Source: a bacterium (GTDB lineage: Archaea; Thermoplasmatota; E2; JACPAO01; JAHFTW01). Taken from it: a stretch of 64,000 nt of DNA. The stretch is from the NCBI GenBank assembly GCA_040390065.1, contig JAZJZE010000009.1, positions 378,930-442,929 on the forward strand, read 5' to 3'. The notes under the pieces were generated by a model, which saw only the letters and a program-made list of their open reading frames with translations, did not search any database and was not told the origin of the DNA. Shown in pieces: positions 9,250-17,819 of this stretch (position 1 is the first letter of the stretch; every line of letters begins with the position of its first letter). Made by a program: the position numbers and the translations under genes.

Positions 9250-9975
9250 CTATGGGATAAGCACGGCCCGCACCGGGCTGGCGTCGGCGCCTTCCAGCCG
9301 TAGGGGCAAGGCGATCAGGGTGTATGTTCCGGGCTTGACGTGGGCCAGGACGAGGCCTTCGAGGTTGACCATGCCGCGGGCGAAGAGGCGTTTGTGGGCT
9401 TCGAGGCCCTTGGAGGCGAAGAGGTCGGTGGAGGGTGTGTCCAACCCTACCAGGATGCAGCCGGCGTCGGCGAGGTGGTCGATGAGTTTTGGGTCGGGGG
9501 CGGCGAAGTCTTCGTTCCATTCGGTGGGGTCGGGGAATGTGCCGGTTTTGAGGAGGACGCGTGGCGTCGTGATGGGGGATGTGAGGTGAGCCGGGAGGAT
9601 GCGCTTGCCCCTTGCAGTCGTGGTCTCGATGACTTGGCAGGGTCCATAGTATGCCGTCAGGGGCATGGTGGCTGCGTCCGGGCCGTCGGTGGCGTAGTGG
9701 CGGTGGGCGTCGGTGTGGGCTCCGACGTGGAAGGAGGTGTGCATGCTGCCGATGTCGATGCCGTCTTTGTGCACGTCGGATGACTTCTCCATCTTGTAGG
9801 GGATGTCGCCGGGCCAGTTCTTGATTGCGTCGTTGATGGGGGGGGAGATGTCGATGAAGCGGACGAGCTCCTCTTTGGGCATGCCTGGCAGTCCCTTGTC
9901 GGCGGCGGCGCGGTCGGCGGCTCGGTCCGCGGCGCGGGCGGCGCTTTGGACGTCGCGCCAGGAGCCGGACTTCAT
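9250..9975 (-). CDS. kynB: Kynurenine formamidase (cyclase family)
   Basis: IDISPP, WPGD, HVGAHTDA (HxGxHxD), LVGLDTPSTD, NLEGL, GADASPVRAVL; ATGA overlap with upstream gene. Confidence 0.85.
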   Translation of the reverse strand: MKSGSWRDVQSAARAADRAADRAAADKGLPGMPKEELVRFIDISPPINDAIKNWPGDIPYKMEKSSDVHKDGIDIGSMHTSFHVGAHTDAHRHYATDGPDAATMPLTAYYGPCQVIETTTARGKRILPAHLTSPITTPRVLLKTGTFPDPTEWNEDFAAPDPKLIDHLADAGCILVGLDTPSTDLFASKGLEAHKRLFARGMVNLEGLVLAHVKPGTYTLIALPLRLEGADASPVRAVLIP

Positions 9976-11684
9976 GGGTGCGCCTTGGTTGGCATCTTGG
10001 CGACGACTTTGAGTTCCACGGCGATGGGGCCAGGGAGGGCTTGCACTTCAACTGTCGTGCGCGCTGGCTGGATGTTGCCGAAGTACTCATTGTAGACGGT
10101 GTTGAAGTCGGCGAAGTCGCGTTTCATGTCGATGAGGAAGGCGCTGACGTCGAAGACGTCTTCGAGGCTGGCTCCGGATTCTTGGAGGATGGTCTTGATG
10201 TTCTCGATGCATTGGCGGGTCTGCGCCTTGACGTCGTAGGCGAGGCGTTTGCCGTGTGCGTCGTGGACGGGGCCGCCGGTCGTCGCATTGGTTTTCGGGT
10301 GGCGGGGACCGATGCCGGCCAGGTACAGGAGGTCGCCGACGCGGCGGGCGTGGGCGTAGGCGGCGTAGGGTTTGGGGGCTTTGCTCGTCGCCACGACGCC
10401 TGACTTGTCAACAGATGGAACAGATGCACTAGATGACGAAATCTGTTTCTTCTCTTTCATCTGTTGACCCGTAGGGCGGGCAGCGGCCGTTTCCTGCAGC
10501 AAGGGCGAGCCGCCCCGCGGCCCTTCCGTCTTCGATGGCATGCGGCCTTCCCACTTGTCGCCCTCCTCCATGGTGAGGACGTTGAGTTGCGTTGCGCCGC
10601 CCGCGGAGCCGGAGGAGAGGACGTTGCGGTCGCCGCCGAAGTATTCGGCGTCGTCTTCGTCGAACTCCTTGTCGGCCGTGGCCTTCAAAGTCGGAGTGAG
10701 ACCGACGACGGCTGCGCCCGTCCCGTAGATGGGCTCGTAGGCGAACACGTTGCCGTCGTAGTGGTTGCTGGCGCCCATCACGGCGGACAGCCACCAGATG
10801 GCCTTCATCTTCTGGTCGCCGTTGGCTTGACCGGAGAATTCGCGGGCGAGTTGGCTCGCGTCCTCGAGGCGACCCTTGCCGAGGAATTCCAGGTACTTGC
10901 GGTTCCACTCGTCGTCCTTGAGGCTATGGATGCGGTCCTTCGCGAAGGGAATGATATCCGTGTGCATGCGGTTGCTGAGGGCCGTTACCGCAATTGCCAC
11001 GACGCGCTTGCCGGATGCTTGGACGGCGTCGCGGGCGGCCTTGCCGAGGACAATTGTCTCGGCGCGGTCGGCGTACATGTTGCACGACACGATCGAGGCC
11101 GCAATTTCATTCTTTGGCGACAATAGTTTGAGGGCCACGACGGAGCCGGTGTCGATGGGAAAACCGTGGTAGTCCACGGTGCGCATCTCCAGGCCGCGCT
11201 TCTCGCCGTGCTCGACGTACGACTTGCCAAAGGCTGGGTCCATGCGGAGCTTGTACGGAATGGAGCCGAGTTCATGCCATTCGGGGTCGACGTGGTTCCA
11301 CTCCGGCGCCGGCCGCGCTTGGACTTGGTGGCCGATGACCGAGAGCCACTGCGTCGAGTACAGCAAGAGGAGGTCGGGCTTGAGGCGCTTGATCTCGGCG
11401 CGCACGGACTCATAGGCGTCGCGGACGCGTTGGTACGCCGGATTCGCTTCGGGGATGAGGTAGGGGTGCGGAAGGCCAGGGACGATGAAGGCGGCGATGA
11501 GGCCTGGGCGCCCGTTCACCGACTGCGCCGCGGATGGCGCTGAGACCGCGGCGGCGTTCGGTTTCATCTGTTTCACGGGTTGACTCGACGAGCCACGGGC
11601 CGAACGAACCAAGGAACGCACAGACCCCGCTGAACGCGTGTTCTGTGGTTTCTGTAAAGTCTGCGGTTTGGTTTTGCGGGTCAT
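9972..11684 (-). CDS. Fusion: 2-aminophenol 1,6-dioxygenase alpha subunit (AmnA-like) plus RidA-family 2-aminomuconate deaminase
   Basis: AFIVPG...KPDLLLLYSTQW...HVDPEWHELGSIPY (AmnA-like, no metal His); C-terminal AYAHARRVGDLLYLAG...QPARTTVEV...VELKVVA (RidA). Confidence 0.85.
   Translation of the reverse strand: MTRKTKPQTLQKPQNTRSAGSVRSLVRSARGSSSQPVKQMKPNAAAVSAPSAAQSVNGRPGLIAAFIVPGLPHPYLIPEANPAYQRVRDAYESVRAEIKRLKPDLLLLYSTQWLSVIGHQVQARPAPEWNHVDPEWHELGSIPYKLRMDPAFGKSYVEHGEKRGLEMRTVDYHGFPIDTGSVVALKLLSPKNEIAASIVSCNMYADRAETIVLGKAARDAVQASGKRVVAIAVTALSNRMHTDIIPFAKDRIHSLKDDEWNRKYLEFLGKGRLEDASQLAREFSGQANGDQKMKAIWWLSAVMGASNHYDGNVFAYEPIYGTGAAVVGLTPTLKATADKEFDEDDAEYFGGDRNVLSSGSAGGATQLNVLTMEEGDKWEGRMPSKTEGPRGGSPLLQETAAARPTGQQMKEKKQISSSSASVPSVDKSGVVATSKAPKPYAAYAHARRVGDLLYLAGIGPRHPKTNATTGGPVHDAHGKRLAYDVKAQTRQCIENIKTILQESGASLEDVFDVSAFLIDMKRDFADFNTVYNEYFGNIQPARTTVEVQALPGPIAVELKVVAKMPTKAHP
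10407..10468. repeat. Palindromic element family 1, in-frame copy in AmnA-RidA linker
   Basis: GTCAACAGATG...CATCTGTTGAC perfect 11-bp terminal inverted repeat. Confidence 0.85.
11514..11584. repeat. Palindromic element family 1, degenerate in-frame copy near the AmnA-like N-terminus
   Basis: Right arm TCGGTTTCATCTGTTTCACGGGTTGAC; peptide QPVKQMKP...SVN parallels other copies. Confidence 0.55.
11599..11684. repeat. Palindromic element family 2, copy forming the first 29 codons of the AmnA-RidA gene
   Basis: gccgaacgaacc...ttggttttgcgggtcat aligns with 18987-19069. Confidence 0.7.
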
Positions 11685-11939
11685 TTACGCTTCCCCCCGG
11701 CGAGGTGAGCGCGCAGCGATGGCAACCAGGCAACCCGCGGCCGCGCCCGCCACGAGTGCCGTGAGTACGGCCAGCAACGTCCCGCCACCGCCCTCGTACC
11801 AGCCTGCGGAGCGGCCACTGACTTCGCGTGCCACCGACCAAGCGAAGAGAGCCCCGTAGCTTGCGACGCCAACCACGATTCCAGCCACGATTGCACGTCT
11901 TGCAGCCCGGTTCGTTCGCGAGGCGGCTGGGACGCCCAT
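11685..11939 (-). CDS. Small two-TM membrane protein intercalated between amnB and amnA-like genes
   Basis: 84 aa hydrophobic ORF flush with both neighbours (0 nt gaps). Confidence 0.55.
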   Translation of the reverse strand: MGVPAASRTNRAARRAIVAGIVVGVASYGALFAWSVAREVSGRSAGWYEGGGGTLLAVLTALVAGAAAGCLVAIAARSPRRGEA

Positions 11940-12914
11940 CTACGTCCGCCCCCTCGGCGTGACTCGCCGCGTCTCCGGATTAGGGTCCCACTCCACGACG
12001 GCGTTGCCGGTGCCGATGACGGTGCCGTAGCCGTGCAGTTCCGCCGGGTACTTTGGGTACGAAAGTGCGGAAAGTAACCAGGACAGGCAACCGGCGTCGG
12101 CCTCGCTCGTCGCGTCGTCGATGAGGTCCGGCATCTCGTCGAACAGCTGCGCCGCGCGTCCTTCGCGCATGAGGCGGATGGCGTGCATGTCCCACAGGTA
12201 TTGTCCGTGGTGGTAGATGCGTTCCTGGCTCATGTCTTCGGGGAGGGCGCCTTCGCGCGTGAAGTGCCGATGGCTGATGGAATTGCTCGCGAGGAGGAGG
12301 GCGCGGCGTCCCGACTTCTCCACGGCGCGGCGCGTCGCTTCGCCGAGGGCCTTCTGCTGGGCTTGTCCGACGTCGTTGCTGTAATATTTATACGAACCAT
12401 TGGATGAAATGCCGACGATGGGTTTGTCCCACTTGGGATTCACCATGTGGCACGCCGCGATGGTGCCGTAGTCGACGCGGTATGCCGGGTTGCGCATCAT
12501 CTTCGTGACGAGGCCGGCGCCGCGGGCTTCCTTCTCGATGACCTCGGCGAGCTCGACGTCGACGTCGATGTCGCACTTGAAGCGGAAGAGGTTCGGGAAG
12601 ATCGGGTCGACGCTCAGGTTCGAGAAGTGCTTCACGCCGAGGAAGTGGTGGCCGACTTGGGTTCTCCAATGCGGCGAGTGCACGATGATGACATCGTATT
12701 CGCGCATCTTGCGGTCGAGGCTTGCCCGCAGCCGTTCGTAGCCCCACCGAACCGGCTCCCAGCCGCACTCGGCCGTCGCCTCGTTCTCTGGCGGGTTGTC
12801 GGCGTAGACGAGGTGGGGCGGATGCGGCGAGAGGCAACCGGCCACGATGCGGCCTTGCTGCGCCGTCGGCTGGGGGCGATTTTGGGCTTTGCCACGCGGG
12901 GCTTGCCGTGCCAT
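11940..12914 (-). CDS. amnB: 2-aminophenol 1,6-dioxygenase beta (catalytic) subunit
   Basis: PHPPHLVYADNPPENE..GWE..RWGYER, HSPHW, SVDPIFPNLFR, RVDYGT, SISHRH, SEADAG: LigB-fold Fe(II) ligands and catalytic residues intact. Confidence 0.88.
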   Translation of the reverse strand: MARQAPRGKAQNRPQPTAQQGRIVAGCLSPHPPHLVYADNPPENEATAECGWEPVRWGYERLRASLDRKMREYDVIIVHSPHWRTQVGHHFLGVKHFSNLSVDPIFPNLFRFKCDIDVDVELAEVIEKEARGAGLVTKMMRNPAYRVDYGTIAACHMVNPKWDKPIVGISSNGSYKYYSNDVGQAQQKALGEATRRAVEKSGRRALLLASNSISHRHFTREGALPEDMSQERIYHHGQYLWDMHAIRLMREGRAAQLFDEMPDLIDDATSEADAGCLSWLLSALSYPKYPAELHGYGTVIGTGNAVVEWDPNPETRRVTPRGRT

Positions 12915-12990
12915 CGCCGAAGACGACCGCCGCTTGCCGTATCACTGTTTTGGACCCGGCCTGGCCCACGCTTACGTGGCCGGCTGGCGC

Positions 12991-13203
12991 CTACACGACG
13001 TGCAGGGCTTCGTTGGCATCCGCTTGACCGATGGCGCCCATCGACGGGGCATGCCGGCAGCGCGGGCACGGCACGCCGACGCTCTGCGTCTTCGCCCAAG
13101 CGACGAACACGCCGGTCCCGTGGCACGTTGGACACCCATGCGGTGGCTCGAAGATGATGCCAAGGGCGGTATCCCCGATACGCCAACTCCTTTGGGGTTC
13201 CAT
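12991..13203 (-). CDS. Small zinc-finger protein CxxCxGTGVF-x12-CPRC (start uncertain)
   Basis: CPTCHGTGVFVAWAKTQSVGVPCPRC; paralog at 23042-23233. Confidence 0.5.
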   Translation of the reverse strand: MEPQRSWRIGDTALGIIFEPPHGCPTCHGTGVFVAWAKTQSVGVPCPRCRHAPSMGAIGQADANEALHVV

Positions 13204-13304
13204 GGCCCCACCTTCCGAGGCGCGCGCCCATAAGGCGTGGGTTTGCCAACGCCGCCCACACCCGCCAGGTCCCAGGAGGCAACCTTGAAGGGGGAGCCCC
13301 ATGC

Positions 13305-13613
13305 GTGGCCGTGGACGAAGCCGGGTTGGCGGAGGCCCAAGCCGACTTGGTGGCCTGGGGTCTCCTCGACGACGGCGTCCCCGTCCAGGTGTCACGCCGT
13401 GGCCGAGCCGCCCTGGCACGTGCCGCCGCCTTTCTTCGCGAAGAAGAAGTCCAGGGCCGACCGCGCGAAGGGCATCCGCTCTTGCTGACCGCCGAGATCG
13501 CAATCGCGGCGGCCTTGCCCGAGGGGGCATCCGCGACCGTGGAGCACCACCGCCTGCTGGCCGCCGTGGAGCTCGCGTCCCTTCCAGAGGGTGTGCGCGG
13601 GATGTTCACCTAG
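13305..13613 (+). CDS. Hypothetical protein
   Basis: 102 aa helical-looking ORF; CTTGAAG box upstream. Confidence 0.55.
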   Translation: MAVDEAGLAEAQADLVAWGLLDDGVPVQVSRRGRAALARAAAFLREEEVQGRPREGHPLLLTAEIAIAAALPEGASATVEHHRLLAAVELASLPEGVRGMFT

Positions 13614-14068
13614 CGGCTCTTGGCCGTGACGACGGGGCGCCCCGCCGTCGGCGTCGGGGGCGCCTGAGCCTTCAGGTAGGCGACGATCTGGTTCAGTTCC
13701 TTGTCGAATGTCGCCTGCGGCATTGCCGTCCCGTTGAGGATGGTCGAGCCTTGACGCGTCAGGCTGGCCATGAAGACGGCTTCCTGGATCTCCTGCTCGG
13801 TTGCGCCGTTGAGGCGAGCCGCTTCGGTGTGGAAGAGCACGCAGTAGTGGCACGGGATCTGGGCGGAGACGCCGAGGCCGATTAGTTCCTTGACCTTCCC
13901 GGAGAGCGCCGTCTTGTCCGACAGCTGGAAGTCGCGCAGGCCGGCCCACCAGAGCCGGAATTCGTTGGGCTGCAGGACGTTGGCAAAGGATGGCACCATG
14001 CCGAAGGTCTTCGTCAGTTCCGTCTTGAGGTCATTGGGCAGGCTTGTCGGAGGGTTGGATGTGGGCAT
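13610..14068 (-). CDS. Carboxymuconolactone decarboxylase/AhpD family protein
   Basis: TFGMVPSF...KVKELIGLGVSAQIPCHYCVLFH...GATEQEIQEA. Confidence 0.85.
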   Translation of the reverse strand: MPTSNPPTSLPNDLKTELTKTFGMVPSFANVLQPNEFRLWWAGLRDFQLSDKTALSGKVKELIGLGVSAQIPCHYCVLFHTEAARLNGATEQEIQEAVFMASLTRQGSTILNGTAMPQATFDKELNQIVAYLKAQAPPTPTAGRPVVTAKSR

Positions 14069-14227
14069 GTTGGGCACCCGACCAGGGGCATTCCCGTCAC
14101 CCATATGAGGGGGAGGGCCGAGGCAGGCACCGCCGACCCGGTTGCTTGCTCCTGGACCAGGATCATCGCCGGTTCCTTGCAGCTCACGCGTGGCCCGCGC
14201 CTGGAATCGCCCGCCAGCTCTCGCCGG

Positions 14228-15430
14228 TCACGCCTCTTCTGCCTTCGAGCGGCGCGCTCTTGCGCCCAGGCCTGCCAAGAGCACGGCTGCGACGGCCGCG
14301 GGGATTGGCAACGCGGGCGTCCCATTCGAAGCGGCCGGCGCCACCTGCGCTGCTGCCGTGCCGTCCGGGGCCCACGTCAGGTTGTGCAACAGCAACGTCG
14401 TCGCCCCGCCGATGGCCACGGGTTGGCCGTGCGCGTCGGCGTCGATGTCGAGGAACATCCTGTCGTGCCATTTCATGGCGCCCGCCGGACCGGACAGGTG
14501 CACCGCGCACGACGCGGGCAACGTGGAGTACGCGCACGTGGCGTCGCCTGGGATGCCGCGCCCACTCACGTACAAGGTGACGCGCAGGTCGACTGAACCC
14601 GCGGTCGGCTGCGTCGCATTGCCGACACTTGCCAGGCCGATGACGAGGTCTGCCGTTCCGCCGACATGCAAGTCACGCGGCGCATCCCAGTAGTCGCTCA
14701 GGACCTTGCTGGCAAACACTGGAGCCGGCCCGACGGGACACGAAGCGGAGGGCAGCGCAGTGAGGGCGATGGCCAGGCAGCGCTGGGAGCCCTGTCCGAC
14801 GTGGAATTCGATGTCCCCCGATGGGGGCAAAAGCGAGAGCGCGGAGGCCGTCACGTTGGCGCGCACGACAGGGAGCCCCCAGGTGCCGGCCAGTTCGATG
14901 CGCGATGGGTCTGAGCCGCCAAACACCATGGAAGGCGTGAACACGGCGGCGATCGTGGGGAACCGAACGGCGACCGAGGTCTCGAGGAAGGGCACCGCAG
15001 CGCCCGGACCGGCCAAGGCGACGTCGCAGATGTCCGCGACATCGCACAACCGTTTCCCCGTCGCGACGAGGGTCTGGCCATGCGTGACGTCGACCTGGAC
15101 CTCGAAGACGCCGGGATGAAGGAGCGGGGAGAAGCGCAGGAACGCCGTCCCTTGGCCGGTGGCGTTCAGGATGAGGTCCGTGCCGTTGCCATTGAACATG
15201 TGGGGGGGCGCCCCTCCCTGCCCGGCGGCTGCCACGGCGAATCCCTGGCCGCACGAGCCGGAGTCCGCCGCCGGCTCCGCGATAAGGTTGTAGGGGCCGC
15301 AGGCGAAGTTCGCTTGGTCGCCCCGGTCCATGTAGAGCACCAGTTTGTCGCCTTGGGTGACGGCGCCGGCCTGCGGCGTCACGGTTGCCCCGAGAACCAG
15401 GAAGGCCATGACGACCGCCAGCCGCATCAT
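14228..15430 (-). CDS. Secreted surface protein with C-terminal TM anchor/sorting signal
   Basis: MMRLAVVMAFLVLGATVTPQAGA signal; C-terminal TPALPIPAAVAAVLLAGLGARARR; ATGA overlap with ALDH stop. Confidence 0.7.
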   Translation of the reverse strand: MMRLAVVMAFLVLGATVTPQAGAVTQGDKLVLYMDRGDQANFACGPYNLIAEPAADSGSCGQGFAVAAAGQGGAPPHMFNGNGTDLILNATGQGTAFLRFSPLLHPGVFEVQVDVTHGQTLVATGKRLCDVADICDVALAGPGAAVPFLETSVAVRFPTIAAVFTPSMVFGGSDPSRIELAGTWGLPVVRANVTASALSLLPPSGDIEFHVGQGSQRCLAIALTALPSASCPVGPAPVFASKVLSDYWDAPRDLHVGGTADLVIGLASVGNATQPTAGSVDLRVTLYVSGRGIPGDATCAYSTLPASCAVHLSGPAGAMKWHDRMFLDIDADAHGQPVAIGGATTLLLHNLTWAPDGTAAAQVAPAASNGTPALPIPAAVAAVLLAGLGARARRSKAEEA

Positions 15431-17046
15431 GGCGCACCGCCCTTCACGCAGATGTTGCGCGGTTCCGAGAAGAAGTCCAGTGAGTGGCGGCCGCCTTCGC
15501 GCCCGACGCCCGATTCCTTCATGCCCCCAAAGGGCACCCGCAAGTCGCGCACAAGCCAACAGTTGACCCAGACCATGCCGGTGTCGAGAGCCTCGGCAAC
15601 TCGTTTGGCTTTTGCGGCGTCGGTCGTCCAGACGCTGGCGGCTAGACCATACCGCACGTCGTTGGCGAGCCGGACGGCCTCGGCCTCGTCCGCGAAGGCC
15701 TGGATCGTGACGACGGGTCCGAAGATTTCCTCCTGCACGCAGCGCGACGACTGCGCCAGACCGGTCACGATCGTCGGTTCCAGAAACGCCCCGTCCGAGA
15801 ACGGCGTCGGCAACTTGGGGCGGGATCCACCGAGCGGGATTCGTCCGCCGTCTGCCTTTGCGATCGTGATGTAGGCCTCGACCTTGGCGCGGTGCTCCTT
15901 GCTCACAAGGCTGCCGAGGTCCGTCGCCGGGTCCGCCGGGTCGCCGACCTTCATCTGCTGGGTTCGGGCGACGAGGCGCTTCGTGAACTCCTTCTCGGCC
16001 TTCGCCTCGACGAGGATACGCGAGCCGCACAAGCAGATTTGCCCGGTGTTCGTAAACGCGGAACGCACGACGCCTTCGACGGTTGCGTCCATGTCGCAGT
16101 CGGCAAAGACGATGGTCGGATTCTTGCCGCCGAGTTCGAGGCTGACCTTCTTGAGGTGGGGCGCCGCCGATTGCGCGACGCGGCGACCCGTCGCCGTTCC
16201 ACCGGTGAAGGAGATGGCCCGCACCTCAGGATGCTCGACAAGCGCTTGGCCGGCTTCGGGGCCGAGACCGTGGACGACGTTGAAGACGCCGGGCGGCAGA
16301 CCGGCTTCCAGCAGGACCTTGCCGAGAGCGTCGGCCGACAGCGGCGTCAATTCCGAGGGCTTGGCCACGACCGTGTTGCCCATGGCAAGGGCCGGTGCCG
16401 CCTTCCAGGACAGGAGATAGATGGGCAGGTTCCACGGCGTGATGAGCCCAACGACGCCGACGGGGGCGCGCACCGTGTAGTTGAGATGGCCCGGCATCGG
16501 ATGCTCGATGCGGCCTTCAGCGACCGCGAACTCGGCGAAGAAACGCAGATTCGAAATGGCACGCGGAACGTCGAGGCTGCGCGCGAGCTTGACGGGCTTG
16601 CCGGTGTCCCGCGATTCGAGCGACGCGAACTCGTCCATGCGCGACTCGATGAGGTCGGCGGCCTTCGTCAAAATGGCGCAGCGCTTGGCGAGTGGCGTCG
16701 CGGACCAAGCGGGGAGTGCGGTTTTCGCGGCAGCAACGGCTGCGGCGACGTCGGACGTGCCACTGCGAGGGATGGTGGCGATTTCCTTGCTCGTGGCGGG
16801 ATTGATGACGGAGATTGTGCGGCCGTCGGCTGCGGGTCTTGATGTGCCGGCGATGAGGTTGCCGACGTCGACGACCGCCCCATCAACAGATGCAGCAGGT
16901 GCCGACCGGAACGAAGCGGTGGAATCGGTTGTATCCGTTGCATCGGTTGACCGTTGGGCGTCGCGCCTGGCGAACCCGTACGCGCGCGCCAAGTCCCTCT
17001 GGGCGACCTTGCGGTCCTTCTCGAGCCAATCGAAGCCGTCGGTCAT
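15427..17046 (-). CDS. amnC: 2-aminomuconate/2-hydroxymuconate semialdehyde dehydrogenase-type ALDH
   Basis: ITPWNLP, KPSELTP, FTGGTATG, LELGGKN, GQICLCGSR, EEIFGP, WVNCWLVRDLRVPFGGMKESG. Confidence 0.8.
   Translation of the reverse strand: MTDGFDWLEKDRKVAQRDLARAYGFARRDAQRSTDATDTTDSTASFRSAPAASVDGAVVDVGNLIAGTSRPAADGRTISVINPATSKEIATIPRSGTSDVAAAVAAAKTALPAWSATPLAKRCAILTKAADLIESRMDEFASLESRDTGKPVKLARSLDVPRAISNLRFFAEFAVAEGRIEHPMPGHLNYTVRAPVGVVGLITPWNLPIYLLSWKAAPALAMGNTVVAKPSELTPLSADALGKVLLEAGLPPGVFNVVHGLGPEAGQALVEHPEVRAISFTGGTATGRRVAQSAAPHLKKVSLELGGKNPTIVFADCDMDATVEGVVRSAFTNTGQICLCGSRILVEAKAEKEFTKRLVARTQQMKVGDPADPATDLGSLVSKEHRAKVEAYITIAKADGGRIPLGGSRPKLPTPFSDGAFLEPTIVTGLAQSSRCVQEEIFGPVVTIQAFADEAEAVRLANDVRYGLAASVWTTDAAKAKRVAEALDTGMVWVNCWLVRDLRVPFGGMKESGVGREGGRHSLDFFSEPRNICVKGGAP
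16882..16951. repeat. Palindromic element family 1, in-frame copy in ALDH N-terminal extension
   Basis: ATCAACAGATGCAGCAG...GTTGCATCGGTTGAC; peptide STDATDTTDSTASFRSAPAASVD. Confidence 0.75.
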
Positions 17047-17819
17047 GTGGGGCCTGCCGCAGGAGCCGAGCCAGCAGGGAAACTGAGGAAGAACTCGGCG
17101 AAGAAAATGAGGACGGCAAGACCGCCGGCGACGAGAGCAATCCAGTTTCGCGCGTGGTAGGAACCACCCTGCAGGCGCATTGTTGCCTCGGCGACGCCCC
17201 ACACGCCGCCGAAGGCCGACAGGAGCCAGGCGATGGCAACCGGTACGACCAACCAGGTGGGCGGGGCGTTTGGCAAGGCCGGCGCAAGAGCCGCCAGCAC
17301 GGTGGTGGCAAGGGCCGCAAAGGCAACGCCCACAAGCCACGCTGCCACGGGCTCCGGCACGGGCGCCGTCACGGATGGGGCTGGCCTCCGCCGGCGGGCG
17401 CGACCTCCCGACCACCAAAGTACCGCGGCCCCTGCGCCGAACCCCAGGCCGAAGGCGACGGGGAATTCCACGGCGTCCGCCCTGGGCCGGCCACGTGCGG
17501 CAACGACGATGAGGACCGTGAAGAGCAGGCCGACGCAAGCGACGACGATGGCCGCAATCTGTAGGCCATGAAGGGGGCCGGTGCCCTTGGGCAGTGGGGG
17601 CGACCGCTCGACCATTACGCGGTTGACGACGGGCCGAGGTTTGGCCGTTGCCGCAAGACGCCAACACACTGCGGCGAGGCCGAGGAAAATGACCTCCATG
17701 GCGAGGGCGTCGAGCCAACGGTTCGTGGCGGTCGGGCGGACAAGAGCCTCATACGCGGCCAGTTGAGCCAGGGCGACGAAGGCGACGGCCACGATTCTCC
17801 AGGTTCTTGCCGGCGACAT
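17043..17819 (-). CDS. Multi-pass membrane protein
   Basis: About 7 hydrophobic segments; TGATG and ATGA overlaps with both neighbours. Confidence 0.6.
   Translation of the reverse strand: MSPARTWRIVAVAFVALAQLAAYEALVRPTATNRWLDALAMEVIFLGLAAVCWRLAATAKPRPVVNRVMVERSPPLPKGTGPLHGLQIAAIVVACVGLLFTVLIVVAARGRPRADAVEFPVAFGLGFGAGAAVLWWSGGRARRRRPAPSVTAPVPEPVAAWLVGVAFAALATTVLAALAPALPNAPPTWLVVPVAIAWLLSAFGGVWGVAEATMRLQGGSYHARNWIALVAGGLAVLIFFAEFFLSFPAGSAPAAGPT

Noticed and set aside
1768-13613. Possible paralogy between the 103-aa (1768-2079) and 102-aa (13305-13613) hypothetical proteins
   Set aside because: Similarity limited to length and an Ala/Leu-rich helical pattern; cannot be supported without profile alignment
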